DNA from: Alphaproteobacteria bacterium | GTDB lineage: Bacteria; Pseudomonadota; Alphaproteobacteria; Bin95 | Length of the DNA: 64,000 bases | Direction of reading: 5' to 3' | Assembly: GCA_965205265.1 (NCBI GenBank) | Contig: CBDBGH010000003.1 | Span: 1,376,001 to 1,440,000, forward strand | Part shown: piece after piece, positions 1 to 10,577 of the stretch | How the letters are laid out: each line of letters starts with the position of its first letter | How positions within the stretch are numbered: the stretch's first letter is position 1 | Program-made: the position numbers and the translations under genes | Notes under the pieces: generated by a model | What the model was told of the DNA's origin: nothing | Databases searched by the model: none | What the model saw: only the letters and a program-made list of their open reading frames with translations

Positions 1-839
1 GCGCCCGCCGGGTTGTTGAAGGAGAACAGGCGCGGCTCGATCTCCTCGATGGTGAAGCCGGAGACGGGGCAGGCGAAGCGGGCGGAGAACAGGATGCTTT
101 CGCCCGTGCGCACATCCTCGACCGATGCCAGCCCGTCGGAGAGTTCGAGCGCCGTTTCCAGGCTGTCCGCCAGCCGGTTGCCGAGCCCGGGGCGGACCGC
201 GATCCGGTCCACGACGATGGAGATGTCGTGCTTGAAATTCTTGCCGAGCGCCGGCGCTTCCTCGATGTCGTAGAGTTCGCCGTCGATCTTGACCCTCTGG
301 AAGCCGCGCCGCTGGTATTCCCGGAGCTCCTTGCGGTATTCGCCCTTGCGGCCCCGCACGACCGGCGCCATCAGCAGCAGCCGCGAGCCTTCCGGCAGGG
401 CCTCGATCCGGTCCGCCATCTGGGCGACGCTCTGGCTCTCTATGGGCAGGCCCGTAGCGGGCGAGTAGGGGATGCCGACCCGCGCCCACAGGAGGCGCAT
501 GTAATCGTAGATCTCGGTAACGGTGGCCACGGTCGAGCGGGGATTGCGCGAGGTGGTCTTCTGCTCGATGGAGATCGCCGGCGAGAGGCCTTCTATCGAG
601 TCGACATCGGGCTTGCGCATCAGCTCCAGGAATTGCCGCGCATAGGCGGAGAGGCTCTCCACATAGCGGCGCTGGCCTTCGGCATAGATCGTGTCGAAGG
701 CCAGCGACGACTTGCCGGAGCCGGAAAGCCCGGTGACGACGACCAGGCTGCCGCGCGGCAGCGAGACATCGACGGATTTCAGATTGTGCTCCCGGGCGCC
801 GCGAACGACGATCCGGCGGGGCTGGGACAAGGCTGTCAT
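1..839 (-). CDS. uvrA: Excinuclease ABC subunit A, N-terminal part (runs off window start)
   Basis: Manual minus-strand translation from ATG 839: [71 protein letters not shown], the canonical UvrA N-terminus with Walker A. Not in the ORF track because no stop lies in the window. Confidence 0.97.
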   Translation of the reverse strand, partial: MTALSQPRRIVVRGAREHNLKSVDVSLPRGSLVVVTGLSGSGKSSLAFDTIYAEGQRRYVESLSAYARQFLELMRKPDVDSIEGLSPAISIEQKTTSRNPRSTVATVTEIYDYMRLLWARVGIPYSPATGLPIESQSVAQMADRIEALPEGSRLLLMAPVVRGRKGEYRKELREYQRRGFQRVKIDGELYDIEEAPALGKNFKHDISIVVDRIAVRPGLGNRLADSLETALELSDGLASVEDVRTGESILFSARFACPVSGFTIEEIEPRLFSFNNPAG

Positions 840-1073
840 GACGGATGGGATTTTAGGGCGAACCGCCCCGGCATAGAAGCCGGGGCGTGTTTCCGCCGCA
901 TTGCCGCGGCGGCCCGGTCCTCGCCGGGCAGGGCGCCGAACGGGATGTCCGGAGAACGCGCTGTGTGACGCTGGAGTCCATCGCGCCGCTGTGCAACACT
1001 CGCTCCGTCAGTCCGCCCGACATGGCGGACTGAGTAACCCGGCTGTGCCTGTCAGGCGCCGCCAATGGGTTAC

Positions 1074-1127
1074 GGATATGGGGGGAGAGATCGTTCCATG
1101 CGCCGTAGCCAAGAGGACTCCGTTTCC
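1074..1127 (+). promoter_or_regulatory. Glycine-riboswitch-like degenerate aptamer / structured leader of the TRAP operon
   Basis: GGATATGGGG(1074-1083) pairs with CTCCGTTTCC(1118-1127), enclosing GGAGAGA...CGCCG...AAGAGGA. The ligand-binding P3 region is missing. Confidence 0.3.
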
Positions 1128-1144
1128 GGAACCGGGAGAAAGAA

Positions 1145-2137
1145 ATGATAAAGAAAACGCTTCTGGCGGCGACCATGATGGCCGTTGTCACGGCAATGTC
1201 CACGGGTTCTTCGCTCGCCGCGACATTGATGAACATCGGCTATGCGACCGCCGAGTCGAATGCTTACGGCACGTTCATGAACACCTTCGCCGACCGTCTC
1301 AACAAGCTCACCGGCGGCGAAGTCCGGGTCAAGGTCCATTGCTGCTTCAAGATGGGCGGCGAGCAGGACATGTTCAAGAAGCTGCAGCTCGGCACGCTCG
1401 ACGGCACGCTGATCGCGCAGAACAACGCCGGCCCGTTCTACCCCAAGATCGACCTGCTGGTCATGCCGTACATGCTCCAGAACCTCGAACATGCCCTCAA
1501 GGTGGTCGATGGCGATGTCGGCAAGCAGATCTGGGGCGCGATGCCGGAAGAAGCCGGCGTCCATCTGGTGAAGATCGTGCTGGTCTCGTTCCGGCACATC
1601 TACAACTCGAAGCAGGCGATCAACTCCATCGAGGATTTCAAGCCGCTGAAATACCGGGTTCCCAAGAATGTCGTGATGGTGGACACCTACAAGGCGTTCG
1701 GCTCCGACCCTGTCCCGATGGCCTGGTCGGAAACCCTGACCGCCGTGCAGACCGGAACCGTCGATGGCGGCGACCTCCCGCTCGACGTGATTTACACCCA
1801 GAAGTTCCACGAGGTCGCCAAGCATGTCGCATTGACGGGCCACTTCGCGCTGACGCCGCCGTTCTTCGTCAGCACCAAGTTCATGGACAAGCTGACCGAC
1901 GAACAGAAGGACGCGCTCTACATGGCTGCCGATATCGCGGCGGAGGCAGCGCGGGCGCATCTCAGGATCGGTAACGAAGGGTTTACGCAAAAGCTCCTGG
2001 ACTCCGGCGTGAAGATCACGACTCCGGACACCAAGCCCTTCATCGAGGCGGCCGCCAAGGTGCATGCGGCCTTCGCGGCCGACCGCGGCCCCGAATATGT
2101 CGAACTGATCGAGGCGATCAACGCCGTCGCCAACTAG
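1145..2137 (+). CDS. dctP: TRAP transporter substrate-binding protein (DctP family)
   Basis: Signal peptide, GGEQDMFKKLQLGTLD, KYRVP and PVPMAWSETLTAVQTGTVDG motifs; followed by small and large permeases. Confidence 0.93.
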   Translation: MIKKTLLAATMMAVVTAMSTGSSLAATLMNIGYATAESNAYGTFMNTFADRLNKLTGGEVRVKVHCCFKMGGEQDMFKKLQLGTLDGTLIAQNNAGPFYPKIDLLVMPYMLQNLEHALKVVDGDVGKQIWGAMPEEAGVHLVKIVLVSFRHIYNSKQAINSIEDFKPLKYRVPKNVVMVDTYKAFGSDPVPMAWSETLTAVQTGTVDGGDLPLDVIYTQKFHEVAKHVALTGHFALTPPFFVSTKFMDKLTDEQKDALYMAADIAAEAARAHLRIGNEGFTQKLLDSGVKITTPDTKPFIEAAAKVHAAFAADRGPEYVELIEAINAVAN

Positions 2138-2158
2138 AACGGCGCTTCGGCAGCGAGC

Positions 2159-2199
2159 GGCCGCGGCGGGGCAAAAGGACCACCGGCCCCGCCGCGGCC
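2159..2199 (+). terminator. 14-bp GC hairpin between dctP and dctQ (mRNA stabiliser or attenuator)
   Basis: GGCCGCGGCGGGGC(2159-2172) / GCCCCGCCGCGGCC(2186-2199); no U-tract. Confidence 0.55.
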
Positions 2200-2238
2200 C
2201 TCGACTTCGGTCCGGATACCCGTTCTACTGCTGGCCTC

Positions 2239-2766
2239 ATGCCCTCTTTCAGCACAGTCTTCGCGTTCCTTGAGCGGCGAGCCGAAGAAGTCATTGCGGG
2301 CGTCTGCGTCGTCGTCATGGCGGTGCTCGTCTTCTTCCAGGTCGTGATGCGTTACGTGTTCAGCGCGCCGACCTCCTGGTCGGACGAAATCGCCGTCTAT
2401 GCGATGCTCTGGTCCGTCTATATTTCGGCCTCCTGGGCGGTGCGCGAACGCGCCCACATACGGGTGATGAACCTGATTAATCTTTTCCCGGGCTGGATTG
2501 GGCTCGGTATGGCCGTGCTTAGCGACTTCGTGTGGTTCGTGTTCGCGATATATCTGACCTGGCAGAGTTTCCTCTTGCATCTCTCGATGTGGGAGCTTCC
2601 CTTCGAATCGCCGGTGCTGGGCGTTGCCCAGAAGTGGCCGTATCTGTGTCTGGTCGTGGGCTTCGCCCTGATGACGGTCCGTCTCGTCCAGGTCTATTAC
2701 CACTGGTACCGGGACGGCATTCTGCCGACGGCAGTCCCCGAGGGCGGGACGATCATCCATGATTGA
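2239..2766 (+). CDS. dctQ: TRAP transporter small permease (DctQ)
   Basis: Four hydrophobic segments; QVVMRYVF...WSDEI...AHIRV pattern. Confidence 0.92.
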   Translation: MPSFSTVFAFLERRAEEVIAGVCVVVMAVLVFFQVVMRYVFSAPTSWSDEIAVYAMLWSVYISASWAVRERAHIRVMNLINLFPGWIGLGMAVLSDFVWFVFAIYLTWQSFLLHLSMWELPFESPVLGVAQKWPYLCLVVGFALMTVRLVQVYYHWYRDGILPTAVPEGGTIIHD

Positions 2767-4054
2767 AGCGCTCTACATGTTCGGGACGCTGGTCGTCACC
2801 ATCGCCTTCGGCATTCCGATCCCGATTGCGGTGGCGATGGCGACGCTGGTCGGCTACTTCCTGATCGACATTCCGGCCGTGGCGCTGGCCCAGGCCATGT
2901 ACACCGGGGTCGAGCCCTTTCCGCTTCTGACCGTGCCGCTCTTCGTATTCGCCGGCGCCCTGATGGAACGCGGCGGCCTCGCGCTCAGGATCGTGGCGAT
3001 CGCCCAGTCGCTGATCGGCAACTACATGGGCAGTCTCGGCCTGGTGGCCGTGCTCGGATGCACCTTCTTCGCCGCCCTCTCGGGCTCCGGCCCTGCGACC
3101 ACGGCGGCCATCGGCGCCGTCATGATTCCGGCGATGGTCCGCGAGCGTTACGACCCGGCTTTCGGCGGTGCGATCGCCGCCTCCGGCGGTGCGCTGGGAA
3201 GCCTTATTCCGCCGAGCAACCTGATGATCATCTACGGCGTGGTCTCGGACGTTTCGATCCCGCGCATGTTCCTCGCCGGCGTCGTGCCAGGGTTGCTCGC
3301 GAGCGCGCTGCTGCTGCTGGTCACCTGGCTGATCGCGCGCCGGCGCGGCTATGGCGGGCAGACCGACCACAGTTTTTCATGGGCGCGCGTCGGGCAGGCC
3401 TGCTGGGACGGCAAATGGGCTATCGGCGCTCCCGTCCTGATCCTCGGCGGCATCTACAGCGGGGCCTTCACACCTACCGAAGCAGCTTCGGTCGCGGTGG
3501 TTTACGCCTTTCTCGTCGGTCAATTCGTGCATCGCGAACTGACCTGGGAGGCGATCCTGTCCTGCCTGAAGACCACGGCGATGATCTCGGGCGCGGTCCT
3601 CATCATCGTCGGTCCGGCCAAGGCCTTCGGCGAGTTGCTGAGCCTGATGGACGTGCCGTTCCTGATCGGCGAATTCCTGACCGGCTTCACGGACAGCAGC
3701 TTTGTCCTGCTCCTGGTCATCTCCGCGATCCTCATCATCACCGGCATGTTCCTCGAGTCCATTGCCCAGATCATCCTGCTGACCCCGCTGATGCTTCCGA
3801 TCGCGGTTTCGGTCGGCATCGATCCGGTAGTGTTCGGTGTCATCATGGTGATCGCCTGCGAGATCGGCTTCCTTACACCGCCAGTCGGGGCGAACCTGTT
3901 CGTTGCAACGCGATTAACGAATGTGGGTATCGACAAGATTTCGGTCGCCGTGATCCCGTTCCTGCTCACCTATGTCGTGGTGATCGTCCTGATCGCGCTC
4001 TTCCCGGACTTTGTATTGTGGCTGCCGGACCTCGCCTTCGGGCCGAGCGGATAG
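2759..4054 (+). CDS. dctM: TRAP transporter large permease (DctM)
   Basis: FPLLTVPLFVFAGALM, SGSGPATTAAIG, IPPS and TPPVG motifs. Confidence 0.94.
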   Translation: MIEALYMFGTLVVTIAFGIPIPIAVAMATLVGYFLIDIPAVALAQAMYTGVEPFPLLTVPLFVFAGALMERGGLALRIVAIAQSLIGNYMGSLGLVAVLGCTFFAALSGSGPATTAAIGAVMIPAMVRERYDPAFGGAIAASGGALGSLIPPSNLMIIYGVVSDVSIPRMFLAGVVPGLLASALLLLVTWLIARRRGYGGQTDHSFSWARVGQACWDGKWAIGAPVLILGGIYSGAFTPTEAASVAVVYAFLVGQFVHRELTWEAILSCLKTTAMISGAVLIIVGPAKAFGELLSLMDVPFLIGEFLTGFTDSSFVLLLVISAILIITGMFLESIAQIILLTPLMLPIAVSVGIDPVVFGVIMVIACEIGFLTPPVGANLFVATRLTNVGIDKISVAVIPFLLTYVVVIVLIALFPDFVLWLPDLAFGPSG

Positions 4055-4177
4055 CCATGCAATCCCGATAGGGCGGTGCCGGCCGGCCCCTGCCCGGAGG
4101 GCAACGATCACGGCGCTTTCCTGCTCTTCCGGCTGCCCGGATATGAGGTGTCGGGAAGTGTGGGCCGGCGAGACAAA

Positions 4178-4192
4178 GTTACCGATTCGTTC
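4178..4192 (+). promoter_or_regulatory. Putative alphaproteobacterial LexA box upstream of ssb
   Basis: GTTA-ccgattc-GTTC, one mismatch to GTTC-N7-GTTC; ssb is a usual SOS gene in this class. Confidence 0.4.
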
Positions 4193-4269
4193 CACAGGGT
4201 TTCGGGTCGATTCAGTCGCCGGCCGGGTGTATGTTTCAGGGGCGAATCGGGTGTAAGGGAACAGCGGTT

Positions 4270-4740
4270 ATGGCAGGCAGCGTCAACAAGGTGATTCTGG
4301 TTGGGAATCTTGGCCGCGACCCCGAAATCCGGACCATGCAGTCGGGAGACAAGCTGGCGCAATTTTCGCTCGCGACCTCGGAGACCTGGAACGACCGGCA
4401 AAGCGGCGAGCGGCGCGAACGCACTGAGTGGCATCGGGTCGTCATATTCGGGCGTCTGGCGGAAATCGCCGAGCGGTTTCTTCGCAAGGGGTCGAAGGTG
4501 TATCTCGAAGGCAGCCTGCAAACGCGCAAATGGCAGGACCAGTCCGGTCAGGACCGCTATACGACCGAGGTCGTTTTGCAGCGGTTCCGGGGCGAACTCC
4601 AGATGCTCGACCGGGCCGGCGATAGCGAATCCCGCGACAGGGATTACGGCAGCTATGACGACCGGGATTCGGGCGGCGGCAGGTCCGCCGCGCCGGCGCC
4701 GGCATTGGGCTCCGACCTGGACGACGACATCCCCTTCTGA
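4270..4740 (+). CDS. ssb: Single-stranded DNA-binding protein
   Basis: [19 protein letters not shown]...DDDIPF; ATG at 4270. Confidence 0.98.
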   Translation: MAGSVNKVILVGNLGRDPEIRTMQSGDKLAQFSLATSETWNDRQSGERRERTEWHRVVIFGRLAEIAERFLRKGSKVYLEGSLQTRKWQDQSGQDRYTTEVVLQRFRGELQMLDRAGDSESRDRDYGSYDDRDSGGGRSAAPAPALGSDLDDDIPF

Positions 4741-4813
4741 TGAACCGCCCCCTGCACCACGCAGCTTCCGCCGGCGCGGCCCCCGACAACCTCCCGCAAC
4801 CACCTAGCGTTCC

Positions 4814-7537
4814 GTGAACGACACGATAACCATAGAGCCGGACGACATCGCGCCGGTTGCGCTCGAAGACGAGATGCGCCGCTCATATCTCGATTACGCG
4901 ATGAGCGTGATCGTGGCGCGCGCGCTGCCGGATGTGCGCGACGGGCTGAAGCCGGTCCACCGGCGCATCCTCTATGCCATGCGCGAGGGCGGCTACGGCT
5001 GGAACCAGCCCTTCCGCAAGTCGGCGCGCATCGTCGGCGACGTGATGGGCAAGTTCCACCCGCACGGCGACAGCGCGATCTACGACGCCATGGTGCGGAT
5101 GGCGCAGCCCTTCTCCATGCGCCTGCCGCTGGTGGCGGGGCAGGGCAATTTCGGCTCGATGGACAACGACCCCCCTGCGGCGATGCGCTACACCGAAGCG
5201 CGGCTCGCGCGGGCGGCCGAAGCGCTGCTGACCGATATCGACAAGGACACGGTCGATTTCCAGCCGAACTACGATGACAGCGAGCAGGAGCCCGTCGTCC
5301 TGCCGGCGCAATATCCGAACCTGCTGGTCAACGGCGCGGGCGGCATCGCCGTCGGCATGGCGACCAACATCCCGACCCACAATCTGGGCGAGGTGATCGA
5401 CGCCTGCTTCGCCTATCTCGACAATCCGGCGATCACCGTCGAAGAACTGATGGAATATGTGCCGGGGCCGGACTTCCCGACCGGCGGCGTGCTGCTGGGC
5501 CGGGAAGGCATCCGGCAGGCCTATCTGACCGGGCGCGGCACGGTCATCCTCCGGGCCCGCACCGAGATCGAGGAGCGGCAGGGCAACCGCGAGGCGATCA
5601 TCGTCACGGAGGTGCCCTACCAGGTCAACAAGGCGCGGATGACCGAGCGCATCAGCGAGGTCGTGAACCTGAAGCTGATCGAGGGCATCCAGGCGCTCCG
5701 GGACGAAAGCGACCGGCGCGGCATCCGCATCGTCATCGAGCTCAAGCCGGGCGTGGAGCACCGCGTGCTGCTGAACCAGCTTTACCGGCACACGCAGATG
5801 CAGGTCAGCTTCGGCATCAACATGCTGGCGCTGAACGGCGGGCGACCCGAGACACTCTCGCTGGATCGCATCATCCGCGCCTTCGTGGCCTTCCGCGAAG
5901 AGGTCGTCGCGCGGCGCACCCGCCACGATCTCGGCAAGGCGCGGGAGCGCGCGCATGTGTTGGTCGGCCTCGCGGTCGCCGTCGCCAATATAGACGAGAT
6001 CATCCGAGTCATCCGGCAGGCGGGCGATCCGGCGGAAGCACGCGCCGCCCTGCTGGCGCGGGCCTGGCCGGCGGCGGATACGGCGCCGCTGCTCGACCTT
6101 CTCGGCACGGCCGGCGGCGCGCTGGAGGACGGCGGCTACCGGCTGAGCGACGCGCAGGCGCGCGCGATCCTGGACCTGCGCCTGCACCGGCTGACCGGCC
6201 TCGAACGGCAGAAGATCGCCGAGGAGCTGGAGGAGGTGGCGGCGCGCATTCGCGGCTATCTGGAAATCCTGGGCTCGCGGGAGAAGCTGCTCGCCGTGAT
6301 CCGCGAGGAGCTCCAGAGCGTGCGGGACCGCTTTGCGGACGAGCGCCGCTCCATCTTCACCGACGACGAGATCGACCCCGACGAAGAGGACCTGATCCAG
6401 CGCGAGGACATGGTCGTGACGGTGAGCCAGGGCGGCAATATCCGGCGCGTGCAGCTTTCCACCTACCGGGCGCAGAAGCGCGGCGGCAAGGGCAGGGCGG
6501 GCATGTCCACCCGCTACGAGGACGCGGTCTCGCAGGTCATCATCGCGCACACGCACACGCCGCTGCTGTTCTTCTCCGCCTCGGGCATCGTTTACAAGCT
6601 CAAGGTCCACCGGCTGCCGCGCACGGGCCCGCAGGGGCGCGGGGTCAAGATGCAGCAGGTCATCGAGGCGCTGCCGGCGGGCGAGCGCATCACCGCCGTC
6701 ATGGCCATGCCGGACGACGAGGAAAGCTGGCAGGACCTCTCGGTCATGTTCGCGACCCAGAACGGCAATGTCCGGCGGAACACGCTTGCGGACTTCATCA
6801 ACATTCCCCGGCGCGGCAAGATCGCGATGAAGCTGGACGAGGACGACGTGCTGGTGGGCGTGAAGCCCTGCGGGCCGGGCGACCATATCCTGCTGGCGAC
6901 CCGGCAGGGCAAGGCGCTGCGTTTCCCGGCGGAGGATGTGCGGGAATTCGTCAGCCGCGCCTCCACCGGCGTGCGCGGCATAAACCTTCTTGAGGATGAC
7001 CGCGTTATCTCCATGAGCGTCGTCGATGGGTTCATGATCGACAGCACAGAGGAGCGGGATACCTATCTGAGCCAGAACGGCATCGGGGACCTGATTCGCA
7101 CGGCCGAACTCAAAGAGCACGAGCAGATGATCCTCTCGGTCGCTTCGGACGGCTACGGCAAGCGCACTTCCGCCTACGACTACCGCGTGACGAAGCGCGG
7201 CGGGCAGGGCATCGATCTGATGGCGCGCAGCAGCGAAGAGGTCGAGGTGGTCGCTGCCTTCCCCGTCGAGGACACGGACCAGCTTCTGCTGATGACCGAT
7301 GGCGGCCAGTTGATCCGCTGCCCCGTAACCGATATTCGCAAGGCGCGCCGGGCGACGAGGGGCGTGCGGCTGTTCAACATCCCGGAAGGCGCACGGGTGG
7401 TGCAGGTTTCGCATCTCGCGGACGCCAACGGCGCGAACGGGGCGCATGACGACGAAACGGACGGTGAGGAAGGCGAAGCGCCGGAAGGCGGGGCGGAGGA
7501 AGCGGCCGCCGCCGGCGATGCAGGAGAGCAAGAGTGA
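4814..7537 (+). CDS. gyrA: DNA gyrase subunit A
   Basis: [47 protein letters not shown], GyrA-box QKRGGKG, acidic tail. Confidence 0.97.
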   Translation: MNDTITIEPDDIAPVALEDEMRRSYLDYAMSVIVARALPDVRDGLKPVHRRILYAMREGGYGWNQPFRKSARIVGDVMGKFHPHGDSAIYDAMVRMAQPFSMRLPLVAGQGNFGSMDNDPPAAMRYTEARLARAAEALLTDIDKDTVDFQPNYDDSEQEPVVLPAQYPNLLVNGAGGIAVGMATNIPTHNLGEVIDACFAYLDNPAITVEELMEYVPGPDFPTGGVLLGREGIRQAYLTGRGTVILRARTEIEERQGNREAIIVTEVPYQVNKARMTERISEVVNLKLIEGIQALRDESDRRGIRIVIELKPGVEHRVLLNQLYRHTQMQVSFGINMLALNGGRPETLSLDRIIRAFVAFREEVVARRTRHDLGKARERAHVLVGLAVAVANIDEIIRVIRQAGDPAEARAALLARAWPAADTAPLLDLLGTAGGALEDGGYRLSDAQARAILDLRLHRLTGLERQKIAEELEEVAARIRGYLEILGSREKLLAVIREELQSVRDRFADERRSIFTDDEIDPDEEDLIQREDMVVTVSQGGNIRRVQLSTYRAQKRGGKGRAGMSTRYEDAVSQVIIAHTHTPLLFFSASGIVYKLKVHRLPRTGPQGRGVKMQQVIEALPAGERITAVMAMPDDEESWQDLSVMFATQNGNVRRNTLADFINIPRRGKIAMKLDEDDVLVGVKPCGPGDHILLATRQGKALRFPAEDVREFVSRASTGVRGINLLEDDRVISMSVVDGFMIDSTEERDTYLSQNGIGDLIRTAELKEHEQMILSVASDGYGKRTSAYDYRVTKRGGQGIDLMARSSEEVEVVAAFPVEDTDQLLLMTDGGQLIRCPVTDIRKARRATRGVRLFNIPEGARVVQVSHLADANGANGAHDDETDGEEGEAPEGGAEEAAAAGDAGEQE

Positions 7538-8079
7538 ACCACGAGAAGATCGGCCTTTACCCCGGCACGTTCGACCCGATCACCAACGGCCATATCGACA
7601 TCATCTACCGGGGCGCGCGTCTGGTGGACCGGCTGATCGTCGGCGTGTTCAACAATGCCGGCAAGGGGCCGCTTTTCAGCCCGGAAGAACGCAAGGCGAT
7701 GGTCGAGGACGAGATCGCCGCGCTGGGCGACCGGGCGGTTGCCGGGCGGATCGAGGTGCGGCTGATGGACGGCCTTCTGGTCGCCTATGCGCGCGAGCAC
7801 CGGGTGAGCGTGATCTTCCGGGGGCTCCGGGCCGTCTCCGACTTCGAATACGAGATGCAGATGGCGAACCTCAACCGCACGATGGAGCCGGATGTCGAGA
7901 CCGTCTTCCTCTCGGCCTCGGAGCACCACCAGTTCATCTCCTCGCGCTTCGTCAAGGAGATCGCGGCGCTGGGCGGGGACTCCTCGGCGTTCACCACGCC
8001 GCGGGTGATCGCGGCGCTGGAGGCGCGCTTCGGCGACGGGCGCAAGGTCGAGAGCGGCGCCGCCTCCAAGGTCTATTGA
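7534..8079 (+). CDS. coaD: Phosphopantetheine adenylyltransferase
   Basis: [38 protein letters not shown]. Confidence 0.97.
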   Translation: MNHEKIGLYPGTFDPITNGHIDIIYRGARLVDRLIVGVFNNAGKGPLFSPEERKAMVEDEIAALGDRAVAGRIEVRLMDGLLVAYAREHRVSVIFRGLRAVSDFEYEMQMANLNRTMEPDVETVFLSASEHHQFISSRFVKEIAALGGDSSAFTTPRVIAALEARFGDGRKVESGAASKVY

Positions 8080-8131
8080 CCGGCCCTTGACAGCGCCCGC
8101 GCCGCCGCACAGTTTCGCCGCCGTCCCGGTC

Positions 8132-8207
8132 GGGCGCGTAGCTCAGTTGGTAGAGCATCTGACTTTTAATCAGACGGTCCCAGGTTCGAATCCTGGCGCG
8201 CTCACCA
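8132..8207 (+). tRNA. tRNA-Lys(TTT)
   Basis: 76-nt cloverleaf; anticodon arm TCTGA-CTTTTAA-TCAGA; GGTTCGAATCC T-arm; CCA end; TTGACA at 8087. Confidence 0.97.
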
Positions 8208-8317
8208 TATTTTCAATGACTTGGTGGCAGATCGCTGACTCGCGGAAATGGAGCGTGTCAGCACTTTGCAGGCAGTGGACGTGGTGAGGCGGTCGCGACC
8301 ATCGTTAGAAAATGGGG

Positions 8318-8647
8318 TTACGAGGCCATGACCCGCAGTTTGCCGCTGCTGGTGGATTGCGGCTGGCGGATGACGATGTCGATGTCGCGGCCGAGCACGG
8401 TCAAGAGGCGAAGCAGACGCTCCAGCGAATATTCACGAAAATCGCCCCTGAGCAGCCGCGACACGTCGGGCTGGGACAGTCCGAGCAGGCGTCCGGCTTC
8501 GGTCTGGGTGATTCCGAGCTGCCGGACAATAGCGTCGATACGGGTGACCAGTTCGGCCTTTACAATATGCGCATCGGCGTCGGCAAGGCCAAGATCGGCG
8601 AAGACGTTGCCTGTGCCGGTTTCGACGGCGGCGTCGGATGTGGTCAT
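8318..8647 (-). CDS. XRE-family HTH antitoxin (HigA-like)
   Basis: GTGNVFADLG, TQTEAGRLLGLSQPDVSRLLRG HTH; downstream of a RelE-like toxin. Confidence 0.88.
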   Translation of the reverse strand: MTTSDAAVETGTGNVFADLGLADADAHIVKAELVTRIDAIVRQLGITQTEAGRLLGLSQPDVSRLLRGDFREYSLERLLRLLTVLGRDIDIVIRQPQSTSSGKLRVMAS

Positions 8648-8651
8648 GGTT

Positions 8652-9008
8652 TCAGCCTCCTCCTTGTGCGCTGCGATAATGCTGTTCCGCGACCCTCAAC
8701 CTGCGCCGGACAAGGTCAAGTTCCTTCTTCGGCGTGGCAATCCCACGTTTGGCCTTTTTCTGGAAGGCGTGCAGGACATAGACTGCCGTTTCGAACCGGA
8801 CCGTATAGATGGCCCTGAAAGTGTCTCCATCGTGGCGTGACGCCACCTCCAGCACGCCAGCGCCAAAGCCTCTGAGCGGCTTGGCGTCGCGATGCCGAAG
8901 TCCGGCCTGGGCTTGGTAAATTGCAAAGCCCATGTGGCGCCGCACGGGGTCCGGAAACCGTTTCAGGTCGGCATTGCTGGTTCCTGTCCATAGGACGGGC
9001 TTTAGCAT
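8652..9008 (-). CDS. Type II toxin, RelE/HigB (Gp49-like) family
   Basis: AKPLRGFGAGVLEV...FRAIYTVRFETAVYVLHAFQKK; toxin-first (higBA) order. Confidence 0.88.
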   Translation of the reverse strand: MLKPVLWTGTSNADLKRFPDPVRRHMGFAIYQAQAGLRHRDAKPLRGFGAGVLEVASRHDGDTFRAIYTVRFETAVYVLHAFQKKAKRGIATPKKELDLVRRRLRVAEQHYRSAQGGG

Positions 9009-9023
9009 CTTCGTTCATTCCAG

Positions 9024-9052
9024 ATTATAGGGAGGCCACCATAAATCGACAA
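9024..9052 (-). promoter_or_regulatory. Sigma70-type promoter of the TA operon
   Basis: Minus strand TTGTCG-17 bp-TATAAT. Confidence 0.6.
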
Positions 9053-9161
9053 GTTAAGCGGTGCGAAATGCACCGACAAAGCATTGTTTGAGATCCTGCA
9101 TGTCATCCGATCGACAGAGCAGAGCTTTTCTTCGCCGCTGGGTAGCCGTGGAAGCTTCGCG

Positions 9162-9437
9162 ATGAAGGCGCTTCCCGAAGGCGTGGCGCGCTATGGCGGG
9201 ACGCCGGAGTTTTCGGACGGGGCGATCCCGGCGAACCTGCTGCGCTCGCATCGCACGAAGGCCGGGACCTGGGCGAAGATCGTCGTGCTGGAGGGGCGGC
9301 TGCTCTACCGCATTCTCGAACCCGAACATGAGGAAATCGAGCTTTCGCCGGAGCGGCCCGGAATCGTGGAGCCTGATGTTCTGCACGAGGTCGAGGCGCG
9401 AGGCCGCGTCCGCTTCCGGGTGGACTTCTACCGCTGA
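9162..9437 (+). CDS. DUF1971 / TehB N-terminal-like cupin protein
   Basis: TPEFSDGAIPANLLRSHRTKAGTWAKIVVLEG...HEVE...VDFY; ATG at 9162. Confidence 0.8.
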   Translation: MKALPEGVARYGGTPEFSDGAIPANLLRSHRTKAGTWAKIVVLEGRLLYRILEPEHEEIELSPERPGIVEPDVLHEVEARGRVRFRVDFYR

Positions 9438-9440
9438 CCG

Positions 9441-10577
9441 TCAGCCCAGCGCCTGCTCCAGGTCCGCGATGAGCTCGTCGGCGCGCTCTATGCCGACGGA
9501 GAGGCGGAGCAGGTTGGCCGGCACGGCGCTATGCGGCCCTTCGACCGTTGCCCGGTGCTCGATCAGGCTTTCGACGCCGCCGAGCGAGCTCGCCGGCACG
9601 AAGAGCCTTGTGCGCGTCGCAATCCGCTTCGCGGCCTCCGCGCCGCCTTCGACCAGCAGCGAGAGCATGGCGCCGAAGCTGCCGCCCGTCTGGCGTTTCG
9701 CGATCTCGTGGCCGGCGTGGGACTCGAGCCCCGGATAGAGCACGGCCTCAATGCCGGCGCGGCCCTCGAAATGCCGGGCGATGGCGAGCGCGTTCGCAGC
9801 CTGGCGCTCATAGCGCAAATGCAGGGTGCGCATGCCGCGCAGCAGCAGCCAGGCCTCGAACGCGCCGAGCACGCCGCCCATGCGCGTGCGCGCCGCCCCG
9901 ATCTCCTGCCAGCGCTCGTCCGCGGCCCTCGTTGCCAGCACGCCCGCCAGCAGGTCGCTGTGGCCGGCGAGGTATTTCGTGGCGGAGTGGAAAACGATGT
10001 CGGCCCCGAGTTCGAGCGCCCGCAGCGTCACCGGCGGCGTCGCGGTGGCGTCCACGCCCAGGACCGCGCCTGCGTCCCGCGCAACCCCGGCGGCGGCGCG
10101 CACGTCGATTACGTCCCAGGTCGGGTTCACGCAGGTCTCGATCCAGACGACCGAGGTCCGGCCGGGCCTGACCGCCGCTTCCAGCGCGCCCGGTTCGGAC
10201 GCATCGAAGAAGTTGACCTCGACCCCGCGCCGTTCGGCGAGGCGGCGCAGCAGGTCCGCCGCGCCGTGATACATCACCCGCGGCGCAACCGCGTGGTCGC
10301 CCGCGCCCAGGCTGTCGAAGAAGGTCGCGACCGCCGCCATTCCCGAGGAGAAGACCAGCGCGTCCTCCGCGCCTTCCAGTTCCGCCAGCACCTCTTCCAC
10401 ATGCGCGACGGTCGGGTTGGCGTCGCGGCTGTAGGTGTAGCCGCTTGTCTCGTAGCGGTCGTCGCGCGCAAAGGTCGTGGCGGGATGGATCGGCGGCACC
10501 ACGGCGCCGGTTTCCCGGTCGAGGAACCGTCCTCCCTGGGCGAGCAGGGTGTCGAGCGAACGCTCGTTGCGGGTCAT
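9441..10577 (-). CDS. PLP-dependent trans-sulfuration enzyme (cystathionine gamma-synthase/lyase family)
   Basis: YSRDANPT, FSSGMAA, HSATKYLAGHSD (PLP Lys), SLGGVESL, RLSVGIE. Confidence 0.92.
   Translation of the reverse strand: MTRNERSLDTLLAQGGRFLDRETGAVVPPIHPATTFARDDRYETSGYTYSRDANPTVAHVEEVLAELEGAEDALVFSSGMAAVATFFDSLGAGDHAVAPRVMYHGAADLLRRLAERRGVEVNFFDASEPGALEAAVRPGRTSVVWIETCVNPTWDVIDVRAAAGVARDAGAVLGVDATATPPVTLRALELGADIVFHSATKYLAGHSDLLAGVLATRAADERWQEIGAARTRMGGVLGAFEAWLLLRGMRTLHLRYERQAANALAIARHFEGRAGIEAVLYPGLESHAGHEIAKRQTGGSFGAMLSLLVEGGAEAAKRIATRTRLFVPASSLGGVESLIEHRATVEGPHSAVPANLLRLSVGIERADELIADLEQALG

Noticed and set aside
2170-2182. GGCAAAAGGAC in the dctP-dctQ hairpin loop resembling a glycine riboswitch 3' junction
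   Set aside because: No GGAGA or P3 elements around it; likely chance.
5040-5110. Quinolone-resistance change or intein in gyrA
   Set aside because: [10 protein letters not shown] keeps Ser and Asp at the usual positions; protein length is normal.
4883-7531. Long antisense ORFs (also 17752-20901, 25674-28382, 38898-42773, 49664-52486, 52180-54948)
   Set aside because: Shadow frames of real genes, expected with high GC3 codon usage.
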